Assembly: GCA_028534125.1 (NCBI GenBank)
Contig: CM052816.1
Span: 33,296,001-33,360,000 of the forward strand
Length of the DNA: 64,000 bases
Origin: Lama glama
Taxonomy: Eukaryota
Reading direction: 5' to 3'
Shown here: positions 1-12,270 of the stretch, one piece after another
How positions within the stretch are numbered: position 1 is the stretch's first letter
Layout of the letters: each line of letters opens with the position of its first letter
Translations under genes and position numbers: made by a program
Notes under the pieces: model-generated
What the model saw: only the letters and a program-made list of their open reading frames with translations
What the model was told of the DNA's origin: nothing
The model's database searches: none

Positions 1-1550
1 GAGTATTTATATAGAAAGTGCAGTTTGGATAAAGCAACACACCAATAGGATTAGAGAAGGGGTAGGAGAGAATTCTGTTAGCTTTCTATATGCTCTCTTG
101 CTCATGTGCAATTAAATTCTTTTTGCATCTAACATAAAGAACGTAGATAGTTTCACCTTTGCAAATAAGATAATGGCTTTTCAAGCAGGAAAATAACAAC
201 AAAAAATCTAAATTATTCGATGAACCCAGAACCAAAACAGGGAAAGATTTCCAGATAAAAATCTAAGTGATGTCAACTAGAGTTACATATTTTTTTTTCA
301 TTTCAGAACATAATTACTCCAGAACATAGAATTTTCTGATATCTTTCTAATGTTTCCCAGTGAAACTTCAGAAAAGTAGTAAAATGCAGGTAAGAATCAT
401 CGTAACTGAGTAGTCCCAAATAAATGAGTATTTTTTAATTGCCAAATTCTTTTACATGTCAAATCACCTGTTTCAGAGATCTTTTTTTAATGGAGGAGGG
501 GGGATTCCCCCACTCTTTTTTTCTAGGTAGGCAAGGACAATCAGCAGGACGTATCCTGGGATTTTCAGACCCATCAAGACAAAGGCTAAAGAAACATGCA
601 ATACATAATTTAGGCTGCCTATTCCCTTGAAGGCAATTCAAATTTTGGTGCGTACGGTCTTCAGCGCCCAGTGTGGATCTTTCACACCGTAAAACATTAC
701 AATTGCCTTCTTGACCATCAGTGTCTGATAAGTGATTAAGAATTTGGGCAGAAGTAATTATTTTGCCAAGCCCTGCCGCCCAACGATGCAACACCGCCCC
801 TGTAGGGGAGCTGCAAGCTAGCACAGCAAGGGTTATGAGTGCTCGCGCAGAGGTGCCTCGAGACCCCTCCAGAGGCTCACCTGGTGAGAGCGCGGAGCAG
901 GGTAGAGAGTTGGGTCTATATTCCAGACTCACCTCTAAAGCCCGAGTTTGCGCCTCAGTGCTTCGTTCTCCTCCGCCTAATAGGTTTAAATCAGCACTGA
1001 GCGGCAAACCGTGCCTGTTCTTTGGGCTCTTAAGTTTGGAGCAGGGGCTCGGTGCCACACCAAAGTTCGGCACAGCTTGTATTCATATTCAAATCTGTCA
1101 CTGAGAGCGCATCCTTATCCTGGTCCGGCCCCGGGTCCGTCCACTGAGCAACCCGTGGCCACAGCATCTTGACACCCTGAAGCCCGAGGCTGCGGGGCAG
1201 CCTCTTCCACCTGGGACAAGTGGCCTGAACTCGTTTTCCCAGAGGCAGGAGTCCTTAGAGTCCCGGGGGACCGGAGGGTGGGTATTCGCGTACTAAAGAG
1301 GTGCCTCCCAATGCCCAGACAAAGACGGCGCTAGGAAAAGTTGGGCCAACTGGCATCTCCAGAAGACGAGCAGAGCAGCCCCTCGGCCTCAGTGGCCGAG
1401 CTGGCGACACACTCTCAGAGTCACAGCCAGTTTTCCCGTAAGCTTCTGAGCAACTTGCGGGAAGTTGGGGCGAGGGGGCGGAGGAGGGGTCAAGGAGAGC
1501 GCCTAGAGGCTCGTCGCGCCCCAGCCCGTTTCGTGGACCTCCCCGAGTAC

Positions 1551-1705
1551 CTGCTAATGTATCCGTCGCCGTCGCCGTCGCACGTCTGGAAGAGGCGCCG
1601 CATCCTCTCCTCCTCGCCGGTGCTGGACGTGTCGCTGCTGCTGCTGCCGCCGCCGCCGCCGCCGCTGCTGCCGCCGCTGGCGCTCCCCGCCGCCGCCGCC
1701 ATCAT
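1551..1705 (-). CDS. MCC: MCC (mutated in colorectal cancer) long isoform, first coding exon; gene continues beyond the left edge
   Basis: ATG ATG at 1705 translates to MMAAAAGSASGGSSGGGGGGSSSSDTSSTGEEERMRRLFQTCDGDGDGYIS(R), the recognisable MCC isoform-1 N-terminus with an EF-hand loop. It ends at a phase-2 donor AG|GTACTC (GT at 1550-1549). Confidence 0.93.
1634..1700. repeat. Interrupted (CCG)/(CTG) trinucleotide tract encoding the Ala/Gly/Ser runs of MCC
   Basis: gctgctgctgctgccgccgccgccgccgccgctgctgccgccgc...cgccgccgcc seen directly. Confidence 0.85.
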
Positions 1706-2549
1706 GCGCCCGCTCGCTGCTCGGGGGGCGGAGGACGTGCGGCCGCAGGAGGGATCCGTGAGTCGCACCAGCTGCTCGCGGCCCCGAACCTGCCTGACGA
1801 CGGAGCATGCCCAGTGGCCGCCGGGGCGCTCCGGGCGAGGGATTCCACCTCTCCGGGTTTTGTCCGGGCTGGGAAGATGGGCGCTCTGCGTTCGCGGGAG
1901 TAGGCACCTTAGGGGAGAAGGAGGAGGCGAAGGTGGCTCGTAGAGTCGAGGAGCTGAGGGTGGCGACGGGGACGCGAGGGGAGGCAGAGTACCCAGCAGG
2001 CCCCCGGGAACGGTGTCGGCTGTGTGCCTCCGGCTAGACGCGGGCCCCTGACACCTAGGGAAACTTAGGGTAGAAGGCGGGTGTTCTCCCGGCACAACTC
2101 TTTTGACTTGTGGGAGTCGTGGATTTCTTCCTCAGGAAAAAGATAAATACTCCTTTTTGTAAAACTCACAGCGGTGCTCGCGGTCCCAATCTGCTGGACT
2201 GAGCTGGATTTTGGACCCGTAGCCCCAAATGAGACCCGGAGTGGCAGGCCTTTTTATGCATTTTTAACACCTGTCAGGAAATTTGATCCTCCTTAGAGCT
2301 TCCGCACTAGAGTAGGAATAATCTCTGTTTCTTCCTATGTGCCACTGTGCACGTTTGGTCCATTTCTGGAAATGGCTTACTCTCCTGACCTGGCATCACT
2401 AGAATTTGCCCCATCAAGTTTCATAATAACATCAAGAAAGAACGTAATTGTCTCATTTGATCCACACCACAGACCAGAAAGATATCTCCATTTTTGTCAA
2501 CTCTATAATTTAGGAGGTAATGTAACTAACTCATAGTGTTATTTTGGTT

Positions 2550-2750
2550 ATGGAATAAAAGATAGTATATAATGCACTTATGACAATGCCTGGTACCCAC
2601 TAAGTGCTCAATAAATGTTAGCTCTCATTATCTGCAACTTACAAATAGGAAAAACTGAGGCACTGGAACTTGCTTAAGTTTCCAGGTTAGTAATTGTCAG
2701 GGCAGAGGCAAGCCCAGGCAGGCAGTCTAACTCCAGAGCCCTTAAGCATG
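2550..2750. mobile_element. MIR SINE fragments (tail-to-tail)
   Basis: MIR 3' motif aagtgctcaataaatgttagct, followed by the antisense core ttacaaataggaaaaactgaggcac...ctaactccagagcc. Confidence 0.6.
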
Positions 2751-2859
2751 GCAGTGACCTTCTACCACAGCAGAAAAGGAACCACAATGAACCAATTTGT
2801 GATTTAGTGAATGACTCATTATTCTGTCCCAGACTTTCTGCCAGAGGTCTGTGAAGTCC

Positions 2860-3346
2860 TGTGGTAGTTTTAAAACACATCTGCAGATTCTTTGGCTCAT
2901 CTCTCATCAAGAGGTGGAGACTGTCGCCTCCCCTCCAACCTGAGTGGGCCTTTGTGACTCCTGAGGCTAGATTAGAAAAGATGATACAGATTCCATTTGG
3001 CTCTCTCACTTGGGACAGGGGTATCTGAAATTGAAGCCTTGAATGACCATGAAAAATGTTTGGCCATGTTGCAGCTCCCATGCTAGAGAAACCATGTGGA
3101 GAGACCAGGTACACAGAAAGAGATGCTCAAGGAGCCTCAGGTGTCTGAGGTTTCCCAGCCCAAGTACTATACATGAGTGAGTGAGCCTTTGAAGGATGCC
3201 AGCCCTACACACAGCAACTGCATGAGAGCCCCTGAGCAGAAGTTGTCTAAGTGAGCCCAGCCAACCCCCAGAGATATTAAAAGGATTGTTGGTTTAAGTC
3301 AGTAAGCCTTGAAGTGATTTGTCCCATAGCAATAGATAACTGGAAT
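2860..3346 (+). mobile_element. MaLR solo LTR (MLT1-type)
   Basis: Starts tgtggtag, contains catcaagaggtggag, and ends catagcaatagataactggaata, typical MLT1 termini. Confidence 0.65.
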
Positions 3347-5169
3347 ATATCTATATGCCTTGAGACTATCTGCCAGATCAGAAGGGTGTCTTCTGCCCTC
3401 TTCTCTCCTGTCTCTACCCTATCCAACCATTCCTACTTTAGTTCTTTTTAATTTTGTAAGTTCTCAGTCTTTCAGGGCACTTATAATCTTATGATGAATA
3501 GTATGCCATCTTAGAAAAGTCTTGTCAATATAACCAATAATATTTGCTTAAGAGACGCTGTTAGTAGTACAGATGTTCCTACCCACAATAGAACAAGGAT
3601 CAATGCCCAAGTTTCAAGAAATAAATGAATAAGCAAATAAATAAATAAATGTTTAAAATATTTTTCTGGTTTTTCATAGAATAAAACTTTTATTATTGTC
3701 TGACAATAAACAGTCAGACAGGAGTTGTTACTCTCAAGTTCTTCTAGAGAATTGATAAGGGCGGGGGGCGGGAAGCATTCTTACAAATATGCATGGAGGG
3801 TCTGGAAACCCAAAGGGTTTTCCAGGATTTGAGTAGATCTCTTCATAACCACACTCCAGTTACACAGAAAGTGGAGTGTAAACCTCAACAAATTGTATCT
3901 CAAAGCAAAGAATATTTTTCTCCTCAGAGAATATGTGTATGACAGCTCTAGAGGTTTAAATTTAAACCCCATTCTTGAATTAAATCTAAACACATAAAAA
4001 GTGGATCTTGACATAATTTTAAAACATTTCTTCAAGCTTGGGTAACTCAGAAATGGTTGAACAGATAGGTTCAACCTTCCAGAAGAGAATTTGCTTCTGA
4101 GCTGATATGAAGCATATGAAATTTCAGCTGAAAAGGTTACTAGGAGAGGGAAAAATTGGTAAGACATTGAAAATAGAGATGCCATATGAATATAAAGATG
4201 ATAAATGCAAAGTGGAATGAGAGCAATACCCATTGCCATAAATCTAACAGCACTGGTTATGTCATAATTTCAAAGGTTTTATGTATTTATCTGTAATGAG
4301 TACATAGCTCAGCACTGTTGTCCTTATCCAGTTTACTTTTCTTCTCAGATTCCTCTTAGCTATAATAACACTTCATATTTATGTAGCACATATCAAAAAA
4401 CACCGTATACGTTACAAGATGTACTGTCTTATATGTCTAATGTTGCCAGTTAAAACAACTAAAACAACTGCAGCACTGTGCAAACTTGATTTTCTGGTAC
4501 TTGCCTTTCCAAATTCTGTTTACCTGAACCGGGGCTAGACACTAAAGTTGGACTGAGGACACCTATGGTGCCCTCTCCCTACCTTTCTCTCTCTCTCAGG
4601 TGTTTTTATCAGCCCAGCCAAGTTCCCATATCCTTCCAGAAGCCTTCCTTCACCTCCCCGGGTTACACTGATCTCCCAGAGCTCTCCTGGCTTGAAGCAC
4701 AAATTTTGATAGCAGGATCATATAGTTCAATGGTCATCTGCCTCCCCCGCTCACGGAATCAATTATAGCAGTGAGGGAGAGTTGCAGGACCTCGACTACC
4801 CTTCACTGAGCCCTTAGCACAGATCAGTAATTGTGCTGAAATACTCTACCTTACGTATCTGTATCTAGTGCGGGAAAGTATTTACCATTCCTATTTTTGG
4901 GGTGGGGGTGCAGGGGGGCAAGTGAGGGAAACTACATCCAAAAAGTTTAAGGAATGTGGCCCAATAAAGGGGCTGGAATAGGATGTGTATTTTCCTGTCA
5001 AGCACACGTTCTTCACATTCATTCCACGTCCCCTTAGTATCAGGCCAGTGCAATTCACGTTAGGCATTATACTTTTTGTGTGAAACTGATAACAACGTTA
5101 ACATTTTACACTTACATATTTGTTATTCATATATTTGTAATCACAGGAAGTCATCGTGAGCTTTGGCAA

Positions 5170-5570
5170 TCTGTCCCAGGTTGGGTTTTGTGGGAAGCAG
5201 ACTCCGAGACAGAGTTGCCCAAGCAGATGCTGACTTGGGAGCACCTTAGTGCCCTGCCACGTGTGGAAAGGAGGTGGGGGAGGCAGGACGGAACAGAGGG
5301 AGAAGTCATGCTATGATACAGGCCCCAGAGCAGCCTTATCTGGCCTCATGGAAAGCTCTGGAGCTGAAATGGCCCATATTGGCTCCCTATCACTGTTGCA
5401 ACAAATTATCACAAACTCTGACTTAAGACAGCACTACTTTATTATCTTACAGTACTGAAGGTGAGAAATTTGAAATAGGACTCACTGAGCTAAAATCAAA
5501 GTGTCTGCAGGGCCGTATTCCTTCTGGAGGCCCCAGCACAGAGTCCATTTGTTCCCCTTTTCTAGCTGAT
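5170..5570 (-). mobile_element. ERVL/MaLR LTR fragments (ERVL-like piece, then MLT1C/D-like piece)
   Basis: gggaagcagactccgagac motif, then acaaattatcacaaact...gctaaaatcaaagtgtctgcagggccgtattccttctggagg (antisense MLT1). Confidence 0.55.
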
Positions 5571-5589
5571 TCTCTTTCTCCACAACTGC

Positions 5590-6060
5590 CTCCTCTTATG
5601 TCCATCCTTTCCCCAGTCTCCCAAGCCAGAAACCCTATAGTCCTTGGCTCCTTCTGCCCCTCATTTCCTACCTCCTATGAGCCACCATGTCTTGGTGAAT
5701 CTGCCTCCTTAATATCTCCTCATATTGATCGCTTTTCTCCATCCCTATGACCACAGCTTTTATAGAGGCGCCTATCATTTCTTTTAAATGATCTGGCCTT
5801 CCAACCCATTCTCATTGCTATAGCACAACACAGCCTTACCATAAAATGAAAACAGGATCAGGTCCTGGCTTGACTTGTGCCTCATTGGCTCACCCTCTCC
5901 CTCAGGATTAAAGCCAGCCTCTCAGCAGAACCTTACAGGCCTTCCATGATCTGACCACTCCTCTCTCTTCTTGCTTCTTCTCTTGCACCTGTGCTCCAGT
6001 GTGAGCATATTAACCTACTTTTATTTTTCCGACATATGCTATCCTCCCTAATGCTTAGAT
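5590..6060. mobile_element. L2 LINE fragment
   Basis: Pyrimidine-rich L2-like text: cccaagccagaaacc...tctgcctccttaatatctc...ggccttccatgatctgacc. Confidence 0.5.
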
Positions 6061-8886
6061 ACCACTGTGGGAGTCTCATACTCTCAGACCAGAAGTGAAT
6101 GAAAGAGGCAGGGAATTCACATCCCTGACTCCAGCCGACTGGAAGAGACAGTCTTTTGGGTAGTGGTGGTTACCAAGAGGGGAGGAAAGTAGGCTGGAGC
6201 CTAGAGATCTGTGATTAATAAGAAAGTAAGAGTGGGGCTTAGAAGTTGGAACACCTTTGTGGGTTTCTCCAAGAAGAGGAAAAGCAAGGGAAATGTCTGG
6301 GGAAGAAAGAAGAAATGTCACTACTGACAGAGCTATGAGTCCCTGGGACTTCCTGGCCCCACAGTTGTCCAGTAGGCATTGGACAATGACACCTGACCTA
6401 ACTTCTTAGGCTCTTTCCTCTCTAATTAGTAACAAAATTAATAATGGCTGGTGTTTACCAAGAATATGCACCAATCATTTTTCTTAAGTGCTTTAAATAA
6501 TGCCTTACTTAATTCTTACATCAACCTTAAGAGGCAGGTTGTTTTATTCCCATTTTATAGGTTAAGGCACTGATGAACGTAGGTCAAATGGTATGAAAAA
6601 ACTTTCTACAGTAGCACAGATAGAAAGAGGAATAATTTTCTTATATATCTGCCTAGAATCAGATTTAGAGAAAATTGACATCTCTTAGTCAGCCTATCTC
6701 TTTTATTTGTGAGCTTTATTTTTATGGTAGATTTTTAAATTCTGAGATAATTATTTTATGATTGATGCTAAATGTATTAAATTTCATCTCCTTTATTTAA
6801 TGATTGCCATGTGCACACAATGAACTTTCTCCTTGAAAAAAACTGGAATGTGATGGCTATCTTTGTTAGATTATTCTGTTCCCCTTTACAGCAGATACAG
6901 AGCAAAAAATGGTTAACTGTGGCAGTCTGAGCTTTCTTAACGGAATTGAATTTAATGCAGTTAATTCAATCAGTTGATTCAGTGCCCTTGTAGAGGCATG
7001 ACCTTTTTCATGAGAGAACTAGAGATACAATTTATTAATGATATCATTCAAACCTCTATGCATATAAACAAAAATCTTAAATGTGAAGGACACCCAAAGA
7101 TATGAAACATCAGGAACCAGACTTAGTAGAATGTATTAGTGTGAATGCTTTACTGGCATTGGAGCCCAAAGTCATATCAAATTAATAAGATGTCAGCTGC
7201 ATAAAAACAGAGGGTATTTTAGCATCTAAATGTGTACCCTTCCTTCTTCCCACTATACCAAAGATATTTAGGAGGAAATATTTTAAAAACCGATATAACT
7301 AACAAGCCTCTAATGAACATGACACCAGAGTCTCAGACTTAAAAGTGTTGAAAAAACACTGTACATATTCTTCCCCTGAGAGTCCATCTTCTCTTATGTA
7401 TTTCTTATGCAACTGTTTTTACTTTCTTCTATGCACCTGTTTTTAAATCTAGCATGTATATTGTATCAATCTTCATGTGAGTAAATCAGATAATTATATT
7501 AAAAATACACTGCAATGGAGAGACATGAGGCAGCGGAGGAATGGAAGGATGTCAGTGTGAGATATTTGAAAACAGCAGTCTCTATTATATGAACTTGGGT
7601 TTATTTCAAAAGACCTCATTCCCTCTGTACTTAGGAAACAATCCTTATCTTTCAGCCAGAGCAAAATTAATTTGGATCATTAGACTTGTATGTGATGTTA
7701 TTTCCCTGTCATCTGGAGGTCTAGACATAACTGACTTTCTGAGGATTAGCAACTAATAATTTTTAGAAACACATGAACTCTTTGTGTGAACAGAATCCAC
7801 GTAATAACCCACTGGCACTGTGTCAAAGGCTACCCTAGCGGCCAGCAGGAGCTGCTGGCCCACAGTGGTCTAAATCAATTCTCAGGAGTAGTATGATGCC
7901 TTTGCCTGATGTAAGAACAACACAACCATATAGTACTTCACAGTTTTGTGTGTGTGGGCTGAGTCTGGTAGGCAGCGCAGTGGGAGAAGGGTGGTAGAGC
8001 GGCATTTCTAGCCATCTGCAGGGCTTAGTAGTACTACTCCTCACAGCTGACCACAAGTTGTCTGGTGGATTTAATCCAAATAGACCCTATTAATGGAACA
8101 TTCAGACCAAAGAACGATGTTTCCTCTTCCTGGAGAGTCTTGAAGAGGGAGTTTGAGATCAATGCGAACCACAACGCGTCCCTCATTGTGTGAAGGTGAA
8201 GTCTTGGCCTACATAGACTCACTGATGGGACTATGTGAGGGGCTGTGTTTTAGCTGATGGGCAATTAGGAGCCATTTTGATACTCAAATTCGTTTTCCAA
8301 AAGTAACCATCATAGCACCCATGAAGGTTCTTTTTTGGTGTTACCATCCATGGATGTTGCTAATAGAGAAAGTGGAAAACTTAATAGCAAAACTGAGAGT
8401 TTGGCAAAAAGTTATGTTGTCTTTCAACTGAGCTCAAACTGGGTGGTAGTATATCTGTTAGAATTCTGGTCACTTGACCTAAAGACACATACAAACTACT
8501 CAAATTAACAAAAAACAAAACAAAACTAAACAAAAATACAAGTCTTTATGTGGTGAATGGGTGAGGGAGAGGGAAGTGCATTGGTTGATGCAATCAGACA
8601 GTTGATGAAAAGATCAGTCAATGAAAACAGTCAGAATAGCCTGTGCGAGGTAAGACTCAGTTCATTTTAGCGAATATTTATTCTGTGTTTCGAACCATGT
8701 GATCATCATTGTACTAACTGATGGAATAAGACATTGTCCCTGCTTCAAACACATAAATTAATACTTGCAGTTCAGTCCCATATACTGGTGATGGATACAT
8801 GAACAAGAATCAGAATTTCTATAGATTTTGGAGCAGATGGGGGATGAGGGTAAGAAAGAAAATCAGGAGATGTGTCACATTTTTAG

Positions 8887-9860
<974 letters not shown>

Positions 9861-11144
9861 ATAGACAGTCAACAAGTAGACAAGAAAGGAGGACCTCTCC
9901 AGGCAGGGAGCCCAGCATTGGTTAAGGCCTGGAAGCAACATAATTCTGCTATGCATTGGGGGAGATCTACCCATAGTTGCTACATATGTAAGGCTATTGT
10001 CCTCTCTGCCTACATCTCACCTGGTGTGCACTTGTGTCTGAGAATTTCTGCCCCATCGGCAGCACCAGGACACTGTCAGTGCACTTCCTAGGATCCCACG
10101 CATTATCTTCTCTCTCCCTCTCAGCCTGGAGGAAGTTTATCCAAGACCTACATTTCATTCCTCTCCTATTACTATTTCCCTCTGCTCCCTCCATACAATC
10201 TCCTAGGTGAGTAGGTTTTAATACAAATCACCCTGCCTTAGTCCTGTCCTGGGGCAAGGAGGTAGTTTGGCTAACTGTCTGAATAGGGCATAAAGAAAAT
10301 GAAACATTCAGGCAGAAAACACAAATTAACATCTCAACAAAATTTAGCAGACCAAATCCAACCTCCTTTGTAAAGCAGTTCCTGAGTCCCAAACTGACTT
10401 GGAAGCCTCACCTCTGTGGTCCCAAAGCCCCACTCATCCAGCTAATGGGGTCTTAGCTCTGGGGAACTCTCACATTGAGTCCAAAAGGCACAGAATTCTC
10501 TTCATGTCTGTTTCATCTTCAGATCTGCAACTAGAACTCTCCAGGCTCCACTCATCTTTTTCATCTTCTTGGTGAAAAGGTCCTAAGAGGTTTTCTAGCA
10601 TAGGCCTGCCATTTCATACAAGGAAACTAAGGCCCAGAGAACTGTGAGCACAGACCTCCGTGCATAAAGCTGATCAATTACACAGTCTGCATGAGCACCC
10701 AGAACTCCTAGCTGTCTGCTTAGGGTTTTCCCCGGCTACTGTGCCCTGAGTACCTGTAGGCAACTCGCTAGACTCTTCTAGTTTTCAGACTCCTTACCTG
10801 CAAAATGGGGTAACAGTAACTACTTTATAGGGATATTATGAAGAGAAATGAAATGCATAGGCACTTGGTGCAGTCTGATAGTTTGTGTTCCACGAACACT
10901 AGCTAGTTGCCGCTCTCCTCTGTCTGGCACAGCATTTATCACACTGTGCCAGTATCATTTGTTTACGTCTCCATCTCAGTTCACTGCAAGCCCCTTGCTG
11001 CAAATTCCTTCAGATATTTACTTGATTTCACCCAGTACGGTTGCCTAGTAAATATTTGTTCAATAAATGAAAAAAGTTCTTAAAAAAAGTTGTAAACACA
11101 GCCACAGGTTTTGCGGGCACCAAAACTTTTTTAAAGTAACCCCT

Positions 11145-11340
11145 GGAGGAGGTAATGGGAAGTTTTTGTCCACTGTGTACAGATTTTCTGTTTGGGATGA
11201 TGAAAAACTTCTGGAAATGGGCAGTGGTGATGGTCACACAATTTGCTAATGTACTTAATGCCACTGAGTTGTGCGCTTAAAAAATGGTTAAAATGGTAAC
11301 TTTATGTCTTGTATGTTTTACTACAATAATAATAATAAAG
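11145..11340 (+). mobile_element. Old L1 (L1MB-like) 3' end
   Basis: gggatgatgaaaaacttctggaaatgg...aatgtacttaatgccactga...aaaatggttaaaatggtaa, ending in an A-rich tail. Confidence 0.7.
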
Positions 11341-12235
11341 TAATTCTCTGCCAAGTGGCATCCACAGAGAAGATTCGTAGTATTGTAGAAGAATGGAGTC
11401 CATGTTTAGACCAGTTGTAGACCCGACCTCCCTCTGGGAGCTACTCCTCCCTGCCCTCCACCCTCAACAAAAGGAGACTGGAATGTGGTTCTCTCTGAGC
11501 TCCACTCCTGTGGCAGGAGGGGCAGCAGCCAGAGCCACACAGACATTCCTCCTGTGAGTGCAGAGAGGCGCTATTCATTGGCAAGAAACGACTGGTGGCA
11601 GCCATCTCGGGGAGAATATATTCAAGAGCTTTAAATACAGTGGACAACACTGTATTTTAAATCTGCGTGTTTAGGACCTGCAGAGGCAAAGAGAATTGTG
11701 TATTTGCATATTATTAGAGCACGGACCCCCAGGAACTGAGGCCTTCCCTTGAACTTGCACGGGCTGCTCAGAGGAGTGGCTGATAACCTCCCAGCATTAA
11801 ACCTCATTTCCGTTTCCATCTTCATGCTGGATGCCTATACCCTATCTTGTCAGACCATGGCACTGTTGTCACCTGTGGAATCGTTAGCCAGAGGGGAGCT
11901 AGAGGTAAAGAACCCTTCCCTATTGTTAGGCAGCAATGGAGTGGAAAAATCCAGATTCCCCATGTCCAGAGTGCACAGGTCAGGCACAATCTTGGCCAGG
12001 CGTCTGGTCACGGTGTGCAGCCAAGCTGGGGAGGTCCCCCAAATGCGGACTGACTGCTCTGACCAAGCCCCCCGGTCTCATAGAAGAGTTCTGTCTCCTG
12101 GTTCCGCTTCTCTCCTTCCTCACTATTTGAGGAGGGAGAAATTAGAAATTATGCAAGTCAGCGTGAAATATGGAACATTTTTTAAACTATGAACATTTCT
12201 TCTAGTTGAGCTAGGAGAAATCATAGCTAGTGTTT

Positions 12236-12270
12236 TATTGCCACCTCGTGGCCAAAACTGGGCTTTGCAA
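12236..12270 (-). promoter_or_regulatory. Candidate CTCF binding site with upstream motif
   Basis: Minus strand reads TTGCAAAGCCC-agtttt-GGCCACGAGGTGGCAATA: a near-consensus core CCACNAGGTGGCA preceded by a TGCA..CCC upstream-type module. Confidence 0.55.

Larger units (their letters stand above)
640..2250 (-). promoter_or_regulatory. MCC: CpG island / promoter and 5' region of the long MCC isoform
   Basis: Very GC- and CpG-rich relative to the AT-rich flanks, and surrounds the MCC first coding exon. Boundaries approximate. Confidence 0.8.

Noticed and set aside
500..510. Perfect NF-kB-like site GGGGATTCCCC in MCC intron 1
   Set aside because: A single short motif with no supporting context.
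439..2095. Multiple long overlapping ORFs (204, 200, 201, 113 aa) around MCC exon 1, including 130 open codons upstream of the MCC ATG
   Set aside because: Expected in a stop-poor CpG island; mostly non-ATG starts and no recognisable protein apart from the MCC segment.
3781..4239. 152-aa minus-strand ORF
   Set aside because: No recognisable domain or splice context; looks like chance AT-rich sequence.
11633..11657. 10-bp hairpin AAATACAGTG-gacaa-CACTGTATTT (also an 11-bp one at 58094-58122)
   Set aside because: Too short for a pre-miRNA and near chance expectation in 64 kb of AT-rich DNA.
11749..12192. 147-aa ORF in apparently unique sequence
   Set aside because: TTG start and no homology I can recognise.
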